The notes under the pieces were generated by a model. That model saw nothing but the letters and a program-made list of their open reading frames with translations, searched no databases and was not told the origin of the DNA. A DNA stretch of 64,000 bases from Oopsacas minuta (Eukaryota > Animalia > Porifera). Below are positions 1-13,791 of this stretch, piece after piece. The DNA lies in the NCBI GenBank assembly GCA_024704765.1, contig JAKMXF010000315.1:214687-278686 (forward strand), written 5' to 3'. How positions within the stretch are numbered: position 1 is the stretch's first letter; each line of letters opens with the position of its first letter. A program made the translations under genes and the position numbers.

Positions 1-479
1 GGACAGTATATTCAATAACACTTGTCTGTTAAAATATGACAGTTTATTATGAAACTGGTTCTTAAGCCTAGCTTCTCTTACGGTAGGATCATTGAGTCGA
101 TTATCTTTTATCCTCTGGTCTTCGTTTTGATGTATTTTCTTGGGTTCAAGTTTACTTATTCGAGGAATTTTGGTATGCAAAGACGTAAAATGTGTCAAGT
201 TGTAAATTTCAGTGTTATAAATATTCTAAATGTATAGTATTCTATACTTACACAGTGAATTTGATCAATAGTGCAATTGTAATTTTATTGGTCACTTCAT
301 ATGCACATTAACAAACATAGTTATATTTATCCTCAATCCAGTGGGGTGACGTAGCATGGTTACACGTTTAACAAATTGAAATTTGAAAATTTTGCGTAAT
401 TGGAACCATTGCATTCTAATTGGACTGTGTTAACACCTATATTATATGATCACCACAATTGGTGATCGATGAGTGATTC

Positions 480-700
480 TCCAGCAATGGTTGCTAAACA
501 TTGTAGCAAATTCTTGAGCGAAATTTCGAAAGGTATATCGCAGCAATGCACTAAAAGATCTCTGATTGATAATATCTACTAGCATTTAGATCAGAAAAAT
601 GCTTCGGTCAGTTTGCTTGTCATGATATCTTACAAAGTTTTCTAGAATGGGACTGCTTTGCTCATTTCCAACTCCCACGACTGGAAGGGGTTATCCTCTA
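480..700 (+). pseudogene. Very degenerate non-LTR (LINE) reverse transcriptase fragment
   Basis: Manual translation gives LIDNIY*HLDQKNASVSLLVMISYKVF, resembling the LINE RT segment that precedes the D.sKAFD motif. Short and interrupted by stops. Confidence 0.35.
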
Positions 701-1396
701 ATTGTCAGCGCTTCACACTCTACTCATTTCCACCTCTACCAGAATCTAATGTACAACGAATTGAATTCTGCAAGATCATGCGGCTTTAATCAATTCGTAA
801 AATGTCGAACTATCAATAATATATAGTTTCTTCAGTATTCAGACACTCTAGAATTCGTTTTCCGACAATGGGATCTTATTATGAGAAGCGAAAAGAATTA
901 TGTATGGATTTTTGGAGTGCATTTCCATTAGTCTTCATCACAGTAAAGAAAGTTATCAAACAAATATTAGGGAAACCTTTGTGTTAAGATGTAATGATAT
1001 CAATACATTACTAGATATTTTATGATATTGCGATAATCCTCAATGATTGAAATATAAACTCTGCCTTGATTCTGGACGAGATTTTCTCAAACTTGTACCT
1101 AGCTTAAGGAATGAGAATTCTGTAGATAAGCTAATCAATTTTTGTATGGTAAAGTTTCTGAAATTGTTATAACTTTTAGCGGATTTTCAGTCCAATCAAA
1201 TAAGCAATTTTCTGGCAAACTTTGATGTCACACTTTCGTTGATCTCAAAGTTGAGTGTATTTCGATCGTTTTAATGGCAGGGTGGTATCGATGCATCTGG
1301 TGTACTTGGATTGTCGCCTAGGTTAAACGAGAATCAGAATACATGCAGATCGATTCTTCTATATTCAACAATGTTCGACAAACTTCCTACAGTCTA

Positions 1397-2324
1397 CAGG
1401 GTTCATCTTAACTTCTGCCAAAAAGGTGATTATGTATTATCTAACATTTATTGTTGAATATCTCACTTTAGTGTTGTGACTTCGTCCAACACTATGCCAT
1501 CGGAAAAAATCTGTAAGAGTAAAGATTTCTAGTGCATCTGCTCGATGAATTCTTTCAAAGGACACTGAAAACCTTTCTTTGAAACGAACCAGGGATGAAT
1601 CACTTACTTGTACCTTCAGCGAAAAGAGTTAATGAAATCGTCGACTTCTCACCTGGCTCAAATCTGTGAATCCTAAAACGATCATGGTTTCTGATGAAAG
1701 GACTTTCACTATTGAGGTAAGATCATGTCTTAAAATTCTTCTATCCATTGCACATCACGAAAGGATATACCTGAAATGTTTAGAACTGTTCAGAAGAGTC
1801 AACATCCGAAGAGTATTATTGTTTGGGCATGAATTACTGTGATTGGTAATACTCCCTTGGTTTTCGTCTGGGATTGAACCAAAATAAGTGCTCAGATGTA
1901 CCAAGACCTCCTTTTGGAGCAATTAACCGATTACCAACTCTGTGATGAATAGAAACAAATGTATATTTCAACAGGATGGTATACCGCTGAAATTTCTCCA
2001 CATTGGCTATCTGTCAATGTGCCGGTGATTTTGGCCGCGAAGAATGGCCCGCTTCAAGTCCGGACCTTTTCCATGCGACTATTATTTATGTAAATAGGAT
2101 GCCCAGGTAAATACTCACATGTACAACTATGTTAAATCACATAAAGGAGCTCTGAAATAGGCGTTGAAAGAATTAGACCAAGAAGAAGTTGCTTGTGCTT
2201 AATTTATTTACAATTTGGATTATGAGATGTATAAATGGAAGGACGCAGATTTGAGATAAGCAAATGCTATTAGATACTATTGTTTGAATGCATAATTTTG
2301 TAGCAAAACTTATGACGCATCCTG
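1397..2324 (+). mobile_element. Internally deleted, degenerate Tc1/maT-like element
   Basis: TA|CAGGGT...CATCCTG|TA ends resemble the TIR of the 5920-7227 element. Frameshifted remnants of SDE-type, VW..I, FQQDG and WP.SSPD motifs are present. Confidence 0.6.
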
Positions 2325-2326
2325 TA

Positions 2327-3237
2327 CAGGTGTGTTCCAAAAATCACCCAATTGATTTTATGGGCGTTGAAGATCCCACTCCAATAGGAATATGGATGTA
2401 AATTCAATTGATAGATTCAATATTCAAGAGTTTCATTTGATGTTAGGAGTGGGACAAAAGTTATATGATGCCATACCAATAACAATGTCTGAGGAAGAGA
2501 TACTCACCCATGAATCTCTACTAAGACATATTATGAATCAACGGAGCACATACCATTGGTATACACTTGAAGGAAATTCAATAGATAAACTGCTCAGGAT
2601 GTGTAATGGACTGGCTTCCCTCCTTCAAACTCTCTCTTCATTCCCCTGAAGAATTTTAGTGATGTGGTTGAATCATGCTTTGGAACAAATATTGAAAGTG
2701 AATACATTGATCAGATTTATCAATTAGAAGATGCTTTTAATCAAACAGGGCTACCCCATGTTCAACTAAAGTCCATGTTGTCAGACGCCACATTCTACCT
2801 TTTGCTCAAAACTACCTTCTTTGGGGAAGGGTCTGAAGTATGTATCAGAAAAGCTATTGAATTATCTTAGCTCGATTTTGAAGTTCTGGAATAGATACAA
2901 ATGTGATGAGGATCTTGAAATTTTCCTAAATGTGTAATAATGCAGTTTGTGAAACCAATTTCACAAATTAATCCATATCACAGTCAAACTTATTTGTGAT
3001 TTTGTTTACTTGTTATGGTAATTGCCAAAAGTAATCATATCTATTATCCATTATTTATGAAAAAATATTTTGAGAATATAGTTTTAACACCAAATTTTAA
3101 AATCACACTCGCAAAAATCTTGTGTTGGAAATATATTTGTCAAAATAGTTTCGTAATCAAAAAAATATTCTGTGCTCAGCCTGTAAATTTCGTAGGGTGT
3201 ATTTTTTTTACCGTAATCACGATTTCAGAGACCCATG
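2327..3237 (+). pseudogene. 3' fragment of an older Chapaev-like transposon
   Basis: ORF 2392-2649 (QEFHLMLGVGQKLYDAI...LEGNSIDKLL) aligns by eye with ORF 9483-10334 (AELHLLLGVSQILYDVI...FEGNSMRILL). The end at 3237 (tgtattttttttaccgtaatcacgatttcagagacccatg) resembles the right terminus at 10852. Confidence 0.7.
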
Positions 3238-4610
3238 ATAGATAGGTGTCGGATACATTAACCGCTTGGCCACAATTTTGCATGTCAATAATTCCTGAAC
3301 GATTTGATCGATCGACTAGTTCAAAAATCAAAAGTACGTTCTATGGTACCTCTTACGAGAATAAACCTTTCACAATAAATACCCCGATTAGAAAACATTG
3401 GAGAATATCTTACAGAATTTTTAATCTTTCCCAGGGTTGGGAGACACTGACCTTGACTGACAATTTTCCCGATATAGTGATGATCCAGGGTGGGTCTCCA
3501 TTCCTATCGAATTATGATACCATACTCTACATCTGGACCTATAATGGCACTTACTTCCAAAAAATACACAAGCAGCTTGAAATTCTATTTATATGCAAAT
3601 ATTCGAATTTGACATTTTACAGTTGGCAATTCCTGAAGTACCATGGATAGCATAATTATTCAAAATTCATTATACCTCAAAAATTTATTTTTGCCGAATA
3701 AGTCAGTCCAATACCTAATTTATACCCGACTTCCCACACCCTGATAATATATTTGATCTCTATCCATTTTTGATGTAATCTACCATACTCGAACATAGTT
3801 TTTTGCATTGTGTGCCTTGCATACCCCCAGTATACAAACATTCAGTATACAAACAAAATACTGAATAATAATACTGAATATTTTCATATCATCACAAATT
3901 ATGCCACTTTAAGCCTATTGCAACCATTATACATAGAGCGGTTCACTAAGTAATACGGTAGATAATTTTCAAGCTTATCAATGAGTATTTCATAAAAATC
4001 ATAGAATCGTTTTCTCAGGATGGTAGATTTCTTATTTGACAACTCTTGCCATTATATATTATTGTATTGATCATCAAGAATAGACCCACTATAGGGACCA
4101 TGAATTACAAATTTTTAAATTTTTATTTCAGTTGAGAATCCTGAAAATTATGGTAAAATCGGAATTCCTATACCCTAGTTATACATTTTGGTATAATATC
4201 TCATATCAATGCGACACTATTCTTCAATTATCTCATATCATTTGCTAAAATTTCAATGAATCTCGATTTATTATTGAATATTCAGAAATAGTAGTTAGCC
4301 ATGTTCTCTATTGGAGCCCAACGACTAACCAACTTTTGTATTACAAACTTTTGATATTTTCTAAAAGTATCTATGGATTGAATTATCTATAGATCATTTC
4401 ATGCATTCACATTGAGATGATAAATGCAAATTTAATGTTCTATTAGACATCTAAGAATGAAAAGTTTAAATAAATATGTGGTAACCAGGGAAATATTTTG
4501 ACACATTCCTACAACGTTATATTTGAATAATAATTGATGGTGCACAATTATGTACTATATTTATTCAGACAAAAATACACTGATTCTACAACAAAGAACC
4601 ATAAATGTAC

Positions 4611-5053
4611 GAGGTCGCGTTGTTAGTCCAAATTCGTATTAGTCCAAATTTGATATGTTTGCGTCAGTTTAAATATCAAAATTAGTATTAGCTCAAATCT
4701 TTGGTGATGTTTGCGTAAATTGGATCTGGAGCAGGCTGTGAGTAGCTGAGGGTATTTAGAACTCACGTTGGAAGGTGTTAGAATTGGCAATTTCATGGAT
4801 TATCTAGCTAGATTGGCTTGAGCTGAGAAGATGAGCATTTCAGGGGACAATTTGGATAACTGGTGTACTGTTTGACTGGATTCGAGTTGGATCTTGAGCA
4901 GACTATGAGTTGCTGGTAATTTTTATATTCAAAAGAACAAAAGTAAATGACTACATTCTTCCTTGTGGCGAAATTTCACCGTGAATGCCTGAACTCGATC
5001 ACCATAAATTTGAACTAATACCGATTTTGATATTTGGACTAATGCATGCGCCC
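4611..5053. mobile_element. MITE with subterminal TTAGTCCAAAT repeats, possibly Sola2-like
   Basis: 4672-4708 is an imperfect inverted repeat of 4998-5034. ttagtccaaat occurs twice on the left and inverted on the right. Termini are GAG/GGG, with imperfect flanks gtac/atac. Confidence 0.4.
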
Positions 5054-5919
5054 ATACATCATGCACTCAGCAAATACCGCATCCCTGTTTATTTTCCGCA
5101 CGCTTCATATTAGTTTGCTATAGTAATCCATTTATTCGGTCAAATACATGGAACTTTTGAAATATTTAAACTCAAATTTATTCTAATGGCGCCATGTTTC
5201 ACGACCAGAGTTGACACATGCAGTTGATATTTTTTGAGTCTATGGCAAATTCATGAAGATGGTTGGTCATTCCGACCATTCACCCTTAATGTGTATTAGG
5301 TTTCAAGATGTTCAGAATACACTTTTTCTGCCACAATATACACAAATATACACAAAAATGTGGTTACTCGATAGACTAGCACATTCTATATTTTAGATCG
5401 GCTTGTGTAACCCTGGAGACCAATTCGATCGTATGTAAATGATCATTTTGGGCTAACCAGTTTATATATATATGTGAAAGGCTGCTAATCGAAATACTTC
5501 TACAGGGCAGGACAAAAACAACTGGCCGTAACAATTTACTTTGAATGTGCAGAATATTTTGGAGAGATTAACAAAACCTTATAACTATAGTGCTGAATCA
5601 AAACATTTCCATTATTGGATTTTTAGAGTAAAATTCCCATCACATTCTTCAGAACTATTTCTTCCCGGAATGATTTGTAGGGTCTTCGGACTTGCTATTT
5701 AGGTTTTAACAGTTCTCAGTCTGAAATTTCTTAATCCAACCATGAATTCTCGATTTCCAGGGCGCATTTTTGACTGTCTATATGCAAAATTTTTATGTAA
5801 TTTCCTTGAAAGACCGAGATTCAAAAATTCTCTGAATTCACAAAGACTTGTACTGAATACTTTATTACTTCGTCTTTGGATTATCTAACATATCTTTAAA
5901 GAGAATATATAGAACAGTA

Positions 5920-7227
5920 CAGGGTGGCTCATAAGTTCTGTGATATTTATGTTAATCCATTTATATATTCAAAATGTACTATTCATGATTGATGTTCTAA
6001 TTAGACTAACACTATATGCTAATAATATGCTAGAAATAGCCGCTATTCTATATACCCTCCCCTCTTCTCAATTACAGCCTTTAATCTGCGAGGGAAGGCC
6101 TCAACCGCAGCACGCAGTGTTTCTTGAGGTATTTTAGCCCATTCTCTTCTCAATGATACCTTTAGAGATTCTACATTGTTGTGGGCCATAGCACAAGCTT
6201 TTGTCTCCACAATCAGCCAGATAGAGTAATCCATTGGATTCAAATCGGGGCTGTATGGAGGCCATTCGTCTTTGGGAATAAAATCGGGAATATTCTCTTT
6301 TAGCAATGCCTGAGTGACTTTGGAGGTGTGGGCGGGCACACCTTCCTGTTGAAACAGAAATGACTCTCCAGAAAATATGGACTGGCTTAGATCTTTCAGT
6401 ACAGGTTCTAATATCAGTTCGCGATATGAGATTGAATTAATTTTAGCCCTGGCGGGACAAATATCAGGGATGTCTGACCAATTACTGAAATTCCAGCCCA
6501 ACCATGATAGATTGTGGTTTTTAAGCTCGTCCGATTGTTATGCAGCTCGTCTGTGATTGCTTGAGAACTAGTTACTACTATTCTGTCATTTTGAGCTGTG
6601 TTAGCTTCCTCTATTGTAAATAATTTCTCGTCAGAAAGAGAATGTTGTTTATCTCGTAAATAGCGTGCCGCTTTAGCAGATCCTTACTCCTAACCAGTCT
6701 CTTTCCCATGATCTTACTAGAAAGGAAGTGCACTGTCTTCCTTTTGAATGATCTCATTCCTAATTGATTTTTAACGATTCTTTGGACAGATCGATGGGAT
6801 AGTTTGAGGACTGATGTCATTTACGCATTGATCGTCGGGGATTTCTCCGAATTTGTTCCCGCACCGCCTTTCGCACCTTTGGAGTCACAACAGAACACGA
6901 ACGATCAGTCCTCGCCCTATCTTCAACTTTCCCAGTCTTCAAATATCTCTTAATGGCCCTTGTAATAAACATCCCTCTTTCCCTGGGCATTTTGAGAATT
7001 TTAGAAATTTCCCTTGGTTTATGTCCCGCCTGAAATAATTTAATCATAGCACACCTATCGCTTTCCATAAGCTATTCAACACTGAAATGAAGTAAATTAG
7101 GAAACTACTTATGAAATACTATTATTGAATATGTAGTAATGATATTCATTTGATAATACTATTGTTGTAGCATTAGAAATGAAAATTTACGAAATCAAAA
7201 ATGTCACAGAGCTTGTGAGCCACCATG
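5920..7227 (-). mobile_element. Tc1/mariner maT-type (DD37D) transposon, defective
   Basis: TIRs CAGGGTGGCTCATAAGTTCTGTG / inverted CATGGTGGCTCACAAGCTCTGTG, with TA TSD. Transposase is split over ORFs 7068-6817, 6820-6611 and 6501-6043. There are 37 residues between QQ(E)G and SPDLNPMD; the second Asp is mutated to Glu. Confidence 0.9.
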
Positions 7228-8100
7228 TATTGCTTTGTTTGACTAATAGTTTAAGGTGGCCTGAAATGTGCACGGACCCCGTATTTTTGACACACTATAT
7301 ATTAATTATTACAACCATATGTTGAAGTTACCTATTGATTTCTAATTCCGTATTAAATCAGACTTAATCCTCGAAGTTCAATTCTACTATACATTGGGTT
7401 AATTGTTAGTGGCTCTCTTGAATCACATTGTGTAACTAAGCGTCAAATGTATTTTAATAAATTTTTATGATTGATACACTACTTGAACCCCTGGTCCAAA
7501 TCTGTTATCCCCTGAACAGACCAAATCTTTGGAGAGCATTAAAAAAAAATATGATCTTTTCTTAGATGATTATGAAGGTTTTAGGTAATACTGGCTCGTT
7601 CAGACTGCTTATATCATTGCATAGAAAAGAATCACCATACCCACGAGCAGATATACGTCACTCGTATTGAATACAAGTAGTAAATATTACAAGGTTTAAC
7701 TTGAAAAATAATAAACACATCGATTAATTCATAAATCTGAATCCCCTTGCTCTGTTGGGAGAGAAATGAGACTTATTTTTCAAATTTATTGCGGGTTTCC
7801 CTCAAATCTTTATCTCATCCTACAAGTTCGATACAGAAAAACTATTTAGCTGTACAGGCAAACTTTTGAAGAATAGTTTAGCTCACTAGTTACAGATAAT
7901 GCTAATATACTAATATTCATTCAAAAGAATCTTTATTTATTCAATTACAAATATTAGCTAGCTTTACATTTGTGTATTGGATTATTATTTGTAGTTGGCT
8001 ATTGATGAGATTTTGGATGCATAATGGTTTTAGAAATATATTGTAGTCAGTTGAACAATGGTTCTGTTTATCCTGTTGGTAGTTAAAGCTAAATCCATCT

Positions 8101-10852
8101 CACGGGTCGCTCAGATTCAAATATCGATCAAAAAAATACAGTTTATTCAAAACCTAGCTGGAGTGATAGAGTAGCATGTCTATTTCCCAAATATTCATTA
8201 TTTAAAATTATTCGTCCGCAAAAACAAAAATTTAGCCTAATTATATTTTTTCACCTAATTTCTAACACCTTCCATTTTGTGGTACTTACTCTTTGAATTC
8301 AATTCATGTTAATTTGTAGTGTTATATATACACATGAATTGTAAGGATATTCTCCTTACTTGTCGTGTCTTCACACTTGAAAACATGTTGTTTAGTACGG
8401 CATCCCTATTCAACTGCAAATACCATAAATATCGAATTTTAGAAAGCAAAATCTATATTTGGGATGGAATCCTTTGGAACAATTTTCAGTGACAAACATA
8501 TGAAAGCGCGAAAGAAGGTATATCGCAATTGTTGTGTTAAAGTGGGGAACAATGGGGTAAATTTAATTCCAAGGTTACTAAAGATGTATGCACAGTTTTT
8601 ATCAAAGAACTTTGACGATCTTAGCTGCATGATACCAATGTTCTCTGTGAGACTTGTGCAAATGGCTTGAGAAAACAGACAAGAATCTGAGTGCTGGAAA
8701 TATTCCGAAACCTTTTTCTTGGATACTGCCAATAAAGAACACCAGACTAAGCTCTTGTTTTGTTGATTCTCCCTTGTGCTATGTGTCAAGAAGCGTATCG
8801 GTTTGGACCAAAGAAACATGAACCCCAGCAAATTCGACACAAATCTGTTGGTAGACTGGTAGAAAATTCTCCTCAACAATTTGTAAAGTTGTGCAATAAA
8901 TGTTTTCTTAAAGTAGGACGAGGCATTCGCCATGAATGCTCTTCTTCTAATGCTGTTACCAACACCAGACACTGCTTAGGTAAAAAAATCATTAGATAAA
9001 TTTGTAGGAGATGATATCGTTAAGCGTTTGGATGTAAGTGATGATTTATACCTCGAACTACCACGTATTTCAGGAGGCATCCGGTTTATCTTACAGATAG
9101 TTCTTCTTTGAATAAGTCTGCTTCAAGTAGTGTACCGTCTGTCAGTCTTGAACTCTCAGATATGTTACAAATAAAGACTGAAGGAAATCTAAGTAATAAC
9201 GATCTTAAGTCAGTTATAAGTATATTGAGAGGTAAATTAATTGGCACCCCAGGGAAGAAATTATTTTACACCGCTCGATATTAAATTATTGGTCAATTCT
9301 TTGAAGTTTGCCAACTAGAGCTGAACCGATCTCAGAAGAAGGGATATAGTGATATTTGCCCTGTCTGGACAGTATTCTGTTGTGATGTTCCTGGCCTTCT
9401 TAGTAAAAGATTTTCTCAATCAGATGGGATTGATATCTATAAATTACATTATAAATTAGGACTGGACTTTGGACAAGGATTTTTGAAAGTGACAATTCAA
9501 CCAGAATTATCCAATAGTGTATGCGAACTGGCTATAATTTGGCTAAGCCCTGTACCAGAAAATTATCACAACCTCAAGTCAATATACTCTAGTCATGAAA
9601 TCAGACGTCTAATCCTAGACCTCAATATAAGCCTAACGATTGATATAAAAGCTGCACTAATAGCTTTTGGTATCATGCCTGGCAGACATCCCTGTCCCTG
9701 GTGTACCTGGGACGAAAGGAATAATCTTGACGATATTGAGAAATGGGAGCTAAGAGGGTCAACACAGCATGCTGCACAGTATGAAGAATTTTGCAGAGAA
9801 TATGGCGGATTGAAAGAAAATTCAAAATTATGCAAGGGAGTTGATAACCCCACCGTATTTCAGGATGCTGATATTCTACCTATTGAAAACATGGTTATTC
9901 TCAATCTCGCAGAGCTACATTTGCTGCTTGGAGTAAGCCAGATACTTTATGATGTAATTGTAGAGTCCATGTCAGAAGACGAAATACAGATCCATCAGGA
10001 TACTTTGAAGAGGTATAACATCAAGAAAAGTCAATACCAAAGTGGAAGCTTTGAAGGGAATTCAATGAGAATATTACTGAAACATCATGGAGATTTGTTT
10101 CTAAATAAGAATTGTAATGCCTTCATAGCATTAAGAAGATTTGACTCCGTGGTATCTTCTTGTTTTGGGATATCCAGATATACTCCCGAGTTTCACGAAA
10201 GGATCTTTGAATTTGAAGAAGCCTACAAAATGTGTGGAATTTCTTGTACAACAAAAGTAGATATAGTATGCCGCCATTTGGTTCCCTTTCTGCTAAAATA
10301 TTTACCTACAGATAATAAATTGGCTGTAGTATAAGAACAGGCATTGGAATCTAGTCACCATCATTTTAACAAAGTGTGGAGAAGATACACATTTGATGAG
10401 GATACAGAAGGATATGGTGAGGGGTTGTTTAACGCAGTATGCGAATTTAATTTTATATCTCTTACTACTGATAATGCAGCAGATGTTTGGAAGGGATACA
10501 AGATGAAAACAAGATCGAGTGCAATTGATAAGATAAATGACAAGTAAAATTATATTAAAACCAGTGTGAATTAATAGTTTTCTAATATTTTTGTCTCAGT
10601 TTATATGAAGATATTCATTAGAGATATTTAATACTATAAATTAACATGAATTGAATTCAAAGAGTAAGTACCACAAAATGGAAGGTGTTAGAAATTAGGT
10701 GAAAAAATATAATTAGGCTAAATTTTTGTTTTTGCGTACGAATAATTTTAAATAATGAATATTTGGGAAATAGACATGCTACTCTATCACTCCAGCTAGG
10801 TTTTGAATAAACTGTATTTTTTTGATCGATATTTGAATCTGAGCGACCCGTG
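8101..10852 (+). mobile_element. Chapaev (CMC/RAG1-related) DNA transposon, full-length but coding-defective
   Basis: CACGGG termini. 215-bp TIRs (8101-8315 / 10638-10852) with one mismatch seen. 4-bp TSD ATCT (8097-8100, 10853-10856). Confidence 0.85.
8464..10547 (+). pseudogene. Chapaev-type transposase pseudogene
   Basis: N-terminal Cys/His clusters (VLCETC in an alternate frame, CAMC, LCNKCF..GRG..HEC). Catalytic-core motifs GLDFGQGFLK, DIK...CPWCTWD, ELHLLLG, FEGN, TKV(D)IVCRHL and *EQALESSHH. Several frameshifts and stops, e.g. TAA 10332-10334. Confidence 0.8.
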
Positions 10853-11799
10853 ATCTGCAGTTACAATTGGGACTGTTTTTCGGCGAGATAATCATTCATT
10901 TCCTGTTGCGGTCGGATACAGCAGGATATCGGATTGGAACCTGATATCCGCTACAGCACTACGCCAAACTCATTCAAAAATATTTTAGGTTGGGCCATAT
11001 GGCCAATCAACTCCCAACCTGACTTCCTACTCAACAATAATATAGATTTAATTACAAGAAAACTTCACAGTTCTAGATAACAATTTGAATTATATCCAGA
11101 TAAAATAATGTAATGCTACTTAGAATTCAATACATATTCCAAATTTCAGTGTCAAACCCCCAAAATGAGGTATCAAGGAGTAATATGGCAACATTTCTAC
11201 CTAATTCAGTGTATTGCTATGGTATGAAGCCAATATGACTCAGTATGAAAAATCCATGCGCTATCTTGCATTCATTAGCAATTGTTTTAAAGCTTTACAC
11301 TTGCCCAATACCAAATCACAATTACAACATTTTGTACAGCTCTCTATATATGAACAGTTGACCACCTCCCTTGGTTAAATAGGTAATTTCCAATAAATCC
11401 CCGTTATTGCTTAAAATATAGTGTTCGTTGATGATATATTCCTACATCCAAAGGTCAACACAAATACTATCTAGTCGTCTGTTGCTTCTCATTTTAGTTT
11501 ATTCAACCCAACAGTGGGATTAATAAGCTTCTAAATCGGACTATAAGTGCGGGAAAATTTTGATTCTCCTTTCAGAGTCTCCGTACATAGATATGAGCCT
11601 CTTACTGATTTCCTTCCGGGTTTCCAGTAGCCTACACATGTTTTTCTCTTTTGTATATAATCAATTGTCAAAACTTCTGCCTCCAAATATCTAAGCAAGC
11701 TACTATGCGATATGCCATGTTAGCCTGTGACTTCGAACTTTTACTACTGACACTATCACTTTTCTGTTACTATATAATTCTCACATAAGAATTGTATTA

Positions 11800-13135
11800 G
11801 AGGGCGTTAAATTAGTCTTCCCGGTCATGTTATATCTCAGGAATTAGTCAAGTATATATCTGGCTTTCATATATTATAAGTCCATATAGTTAAACTCCAT
11901 ATACTGATGGTTTCAAGCTTATTCAATACAAATTATGAATTTTTGAGATAGTTACGTGTAGTCAATTTATACCCACTGTTGAATTTATGGCTTAAAAGGA
12001 TGATAATTTCAAACTCAAATGGCGAGCTTGCATAGAGTTTCGCACAATACTCAAGATCCAGCCCGTACAGATCTTCAGCGAGTTACAGGAGACATTGTGC
12101 GTGGATTGCCCTTCCAGATCTACTGTAGAGCGATGGGCTGTCCGTTTTAGCTCTGGTGATGCTGATATCGCAGATTTGCCTCGATCTGGAAGACCGGTAT
12201 CCGCTACCACTTCTGAGTATATAGCACTCATTGAAAGTATGGTCATGGAAGACAAATGCATTACTGTCAATCAGTAATAACAAAGTATGGAGATTTCATC
12301 CGGAGCTATTCATACAATTCTGACGACTGAGCTTGGCTACCGATCGATTTGTGGGAAATGGGTCTCGCATAAGCTCAGTGAGAATCAAAGGTTGGCAAGA
12401 CTGAATATTGCCAAGAAACTTTTGGAAACTTATGAGAACTGCGATTCTAGACGCTTAACAGAGATTATTACTGGTGACGAGACGTGGCTGTACTATTCAA
12501 CATCATGTAGCAAGTATAAGAAGCGATCATGAGTGGGGGGATAACGACAACCGACGAAAATTCCTAGGCCCGACTAGAGAAAACCTAAGATTATGTATAC
12601 CATCTTCTTCAGTAGTTATGGAATTGTCTTGCAATTACCTTGTGAGAATGACAAAGCAGTTACTGCTACATTCTTTACAGAGCATGTGTTTCGAAACTTG
12701 ATAAAGAATATAGAAAGTACCGCCCGAAAACCGGAACGGAACTCGAGGAATGAAGATTTTGATTGATAACGTCATGCCCCATACAGCTAAGCTTGCCAAA
12801 AACTTCTTGGATGTAGAAGGATTAGAATTACTTCCTCATCCACCTTACTCACCAGACCTAGCTCGTGTGATTTTTTGCTATTCCCCAAGCTTAAAATCTA
12901 CCTTCAAGGCAAAGATTTTAACACATTACCAGCACTCGGAACGTGCCTGTACCAGTACTTCAAATCCACCTCCGAAGAAGAGTACAGAAATCTGTTTTAC
13001 AAGTGGGGGGGAGAGTTCAAACTTTGCATATCTTCAGGAGGCGTTGAATTTGAATAAATAATGTAATGAATTAGTGTGTATAGCGTTTGTATCCTGTTCG
13101 ATGATATCAACTGCAAGACTTATTGAAAGCCCTAC
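11800..13135 (+). mobile_element. mariner (DD34D-type) transposon, degenerate
   Basis: Imperfect TIRs gagggcgttaaattagtctt / inverted tagggctttcaataagtctt. HTH remnant (TVERWAVRFSSG...SGRP), TGDETW, DNVMPH and HPPYSPDLA spread across broken ORFs 12095-13061. Confidence 0.85.
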
Positions 13136-13179
13136 CATTAGCTTAGTTTGTTTTGAATTTCTTTATTTCTTGTCCGACA

Positions 13180-13310
13180 GTCTGCAAAGTAGTGCATTTT
13201 GCACAAGAATCTTGAGTGAGGAGAGTAGACTTTCACGAACTGGATGAACTTCCTCAGGGACCTATATGTTGAGGATTCTTTAGTCAATTCTCAACCAATT
13301 GGGGCAAAAT
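13180..13310 (+). pseudogene. Short remnant of a Merlin (ISXO2-like) transposase
   Basis: Translates as NWMNFLRDLYVEDSLVNSQPIG, similar to NWKNFMRDICIEDLIINQEPIG in ORF 54732-55658. Confidence 0.6.
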
Positions 13311-13791
13311 TCAGAAAATTGGTTCTGACTGTGTATTGTATTTATGTATCAATATAGAGTGGCGTCACTAATTCACGGAACGGAGCAGAAAGGTTTTCCT
13401 GAAGAAATTTTAATTTTGTGTTTGTTGCACATTTTGGCTGGTAAAACCCCACCTTTTCTAGAAAAGACTATACAGGTGGAAAACTAAAGTTTTCTAGCTC
13501 TCCATAGTACATAAGAATGATACTAACTAAATTTAAGCGCCTTTTTGGAATTTTAAGTTGACATTTAGAGGATACCGATAGAGTCAATCCTTTGACATTC
13601 CAAAATTACTAAAGATCCTTGAGAGATGCTGGAAGAACAGCTATACTCAAAATAGGACATGAACTCTATTTAACATACACTTAACCGCATTAATACTTAC
13701 ACTAACTAACGATCAAAAATAATTCCCCTTATCTTGAGTCCATATTAACTTCAGTAATATGCTTAGGAGTAGGAAAATTTTGAGAGTTAGG

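Noticed and set aside
8439-8972. 177-aa minus-strand ORF, and similar antisense ORFs at 9593, 17942, 48843, 50051 and 50779
   Set aside because: These are shadow ORFs opposite transposase or pol sequence, or spanning repeats, with no recognisable motifs.
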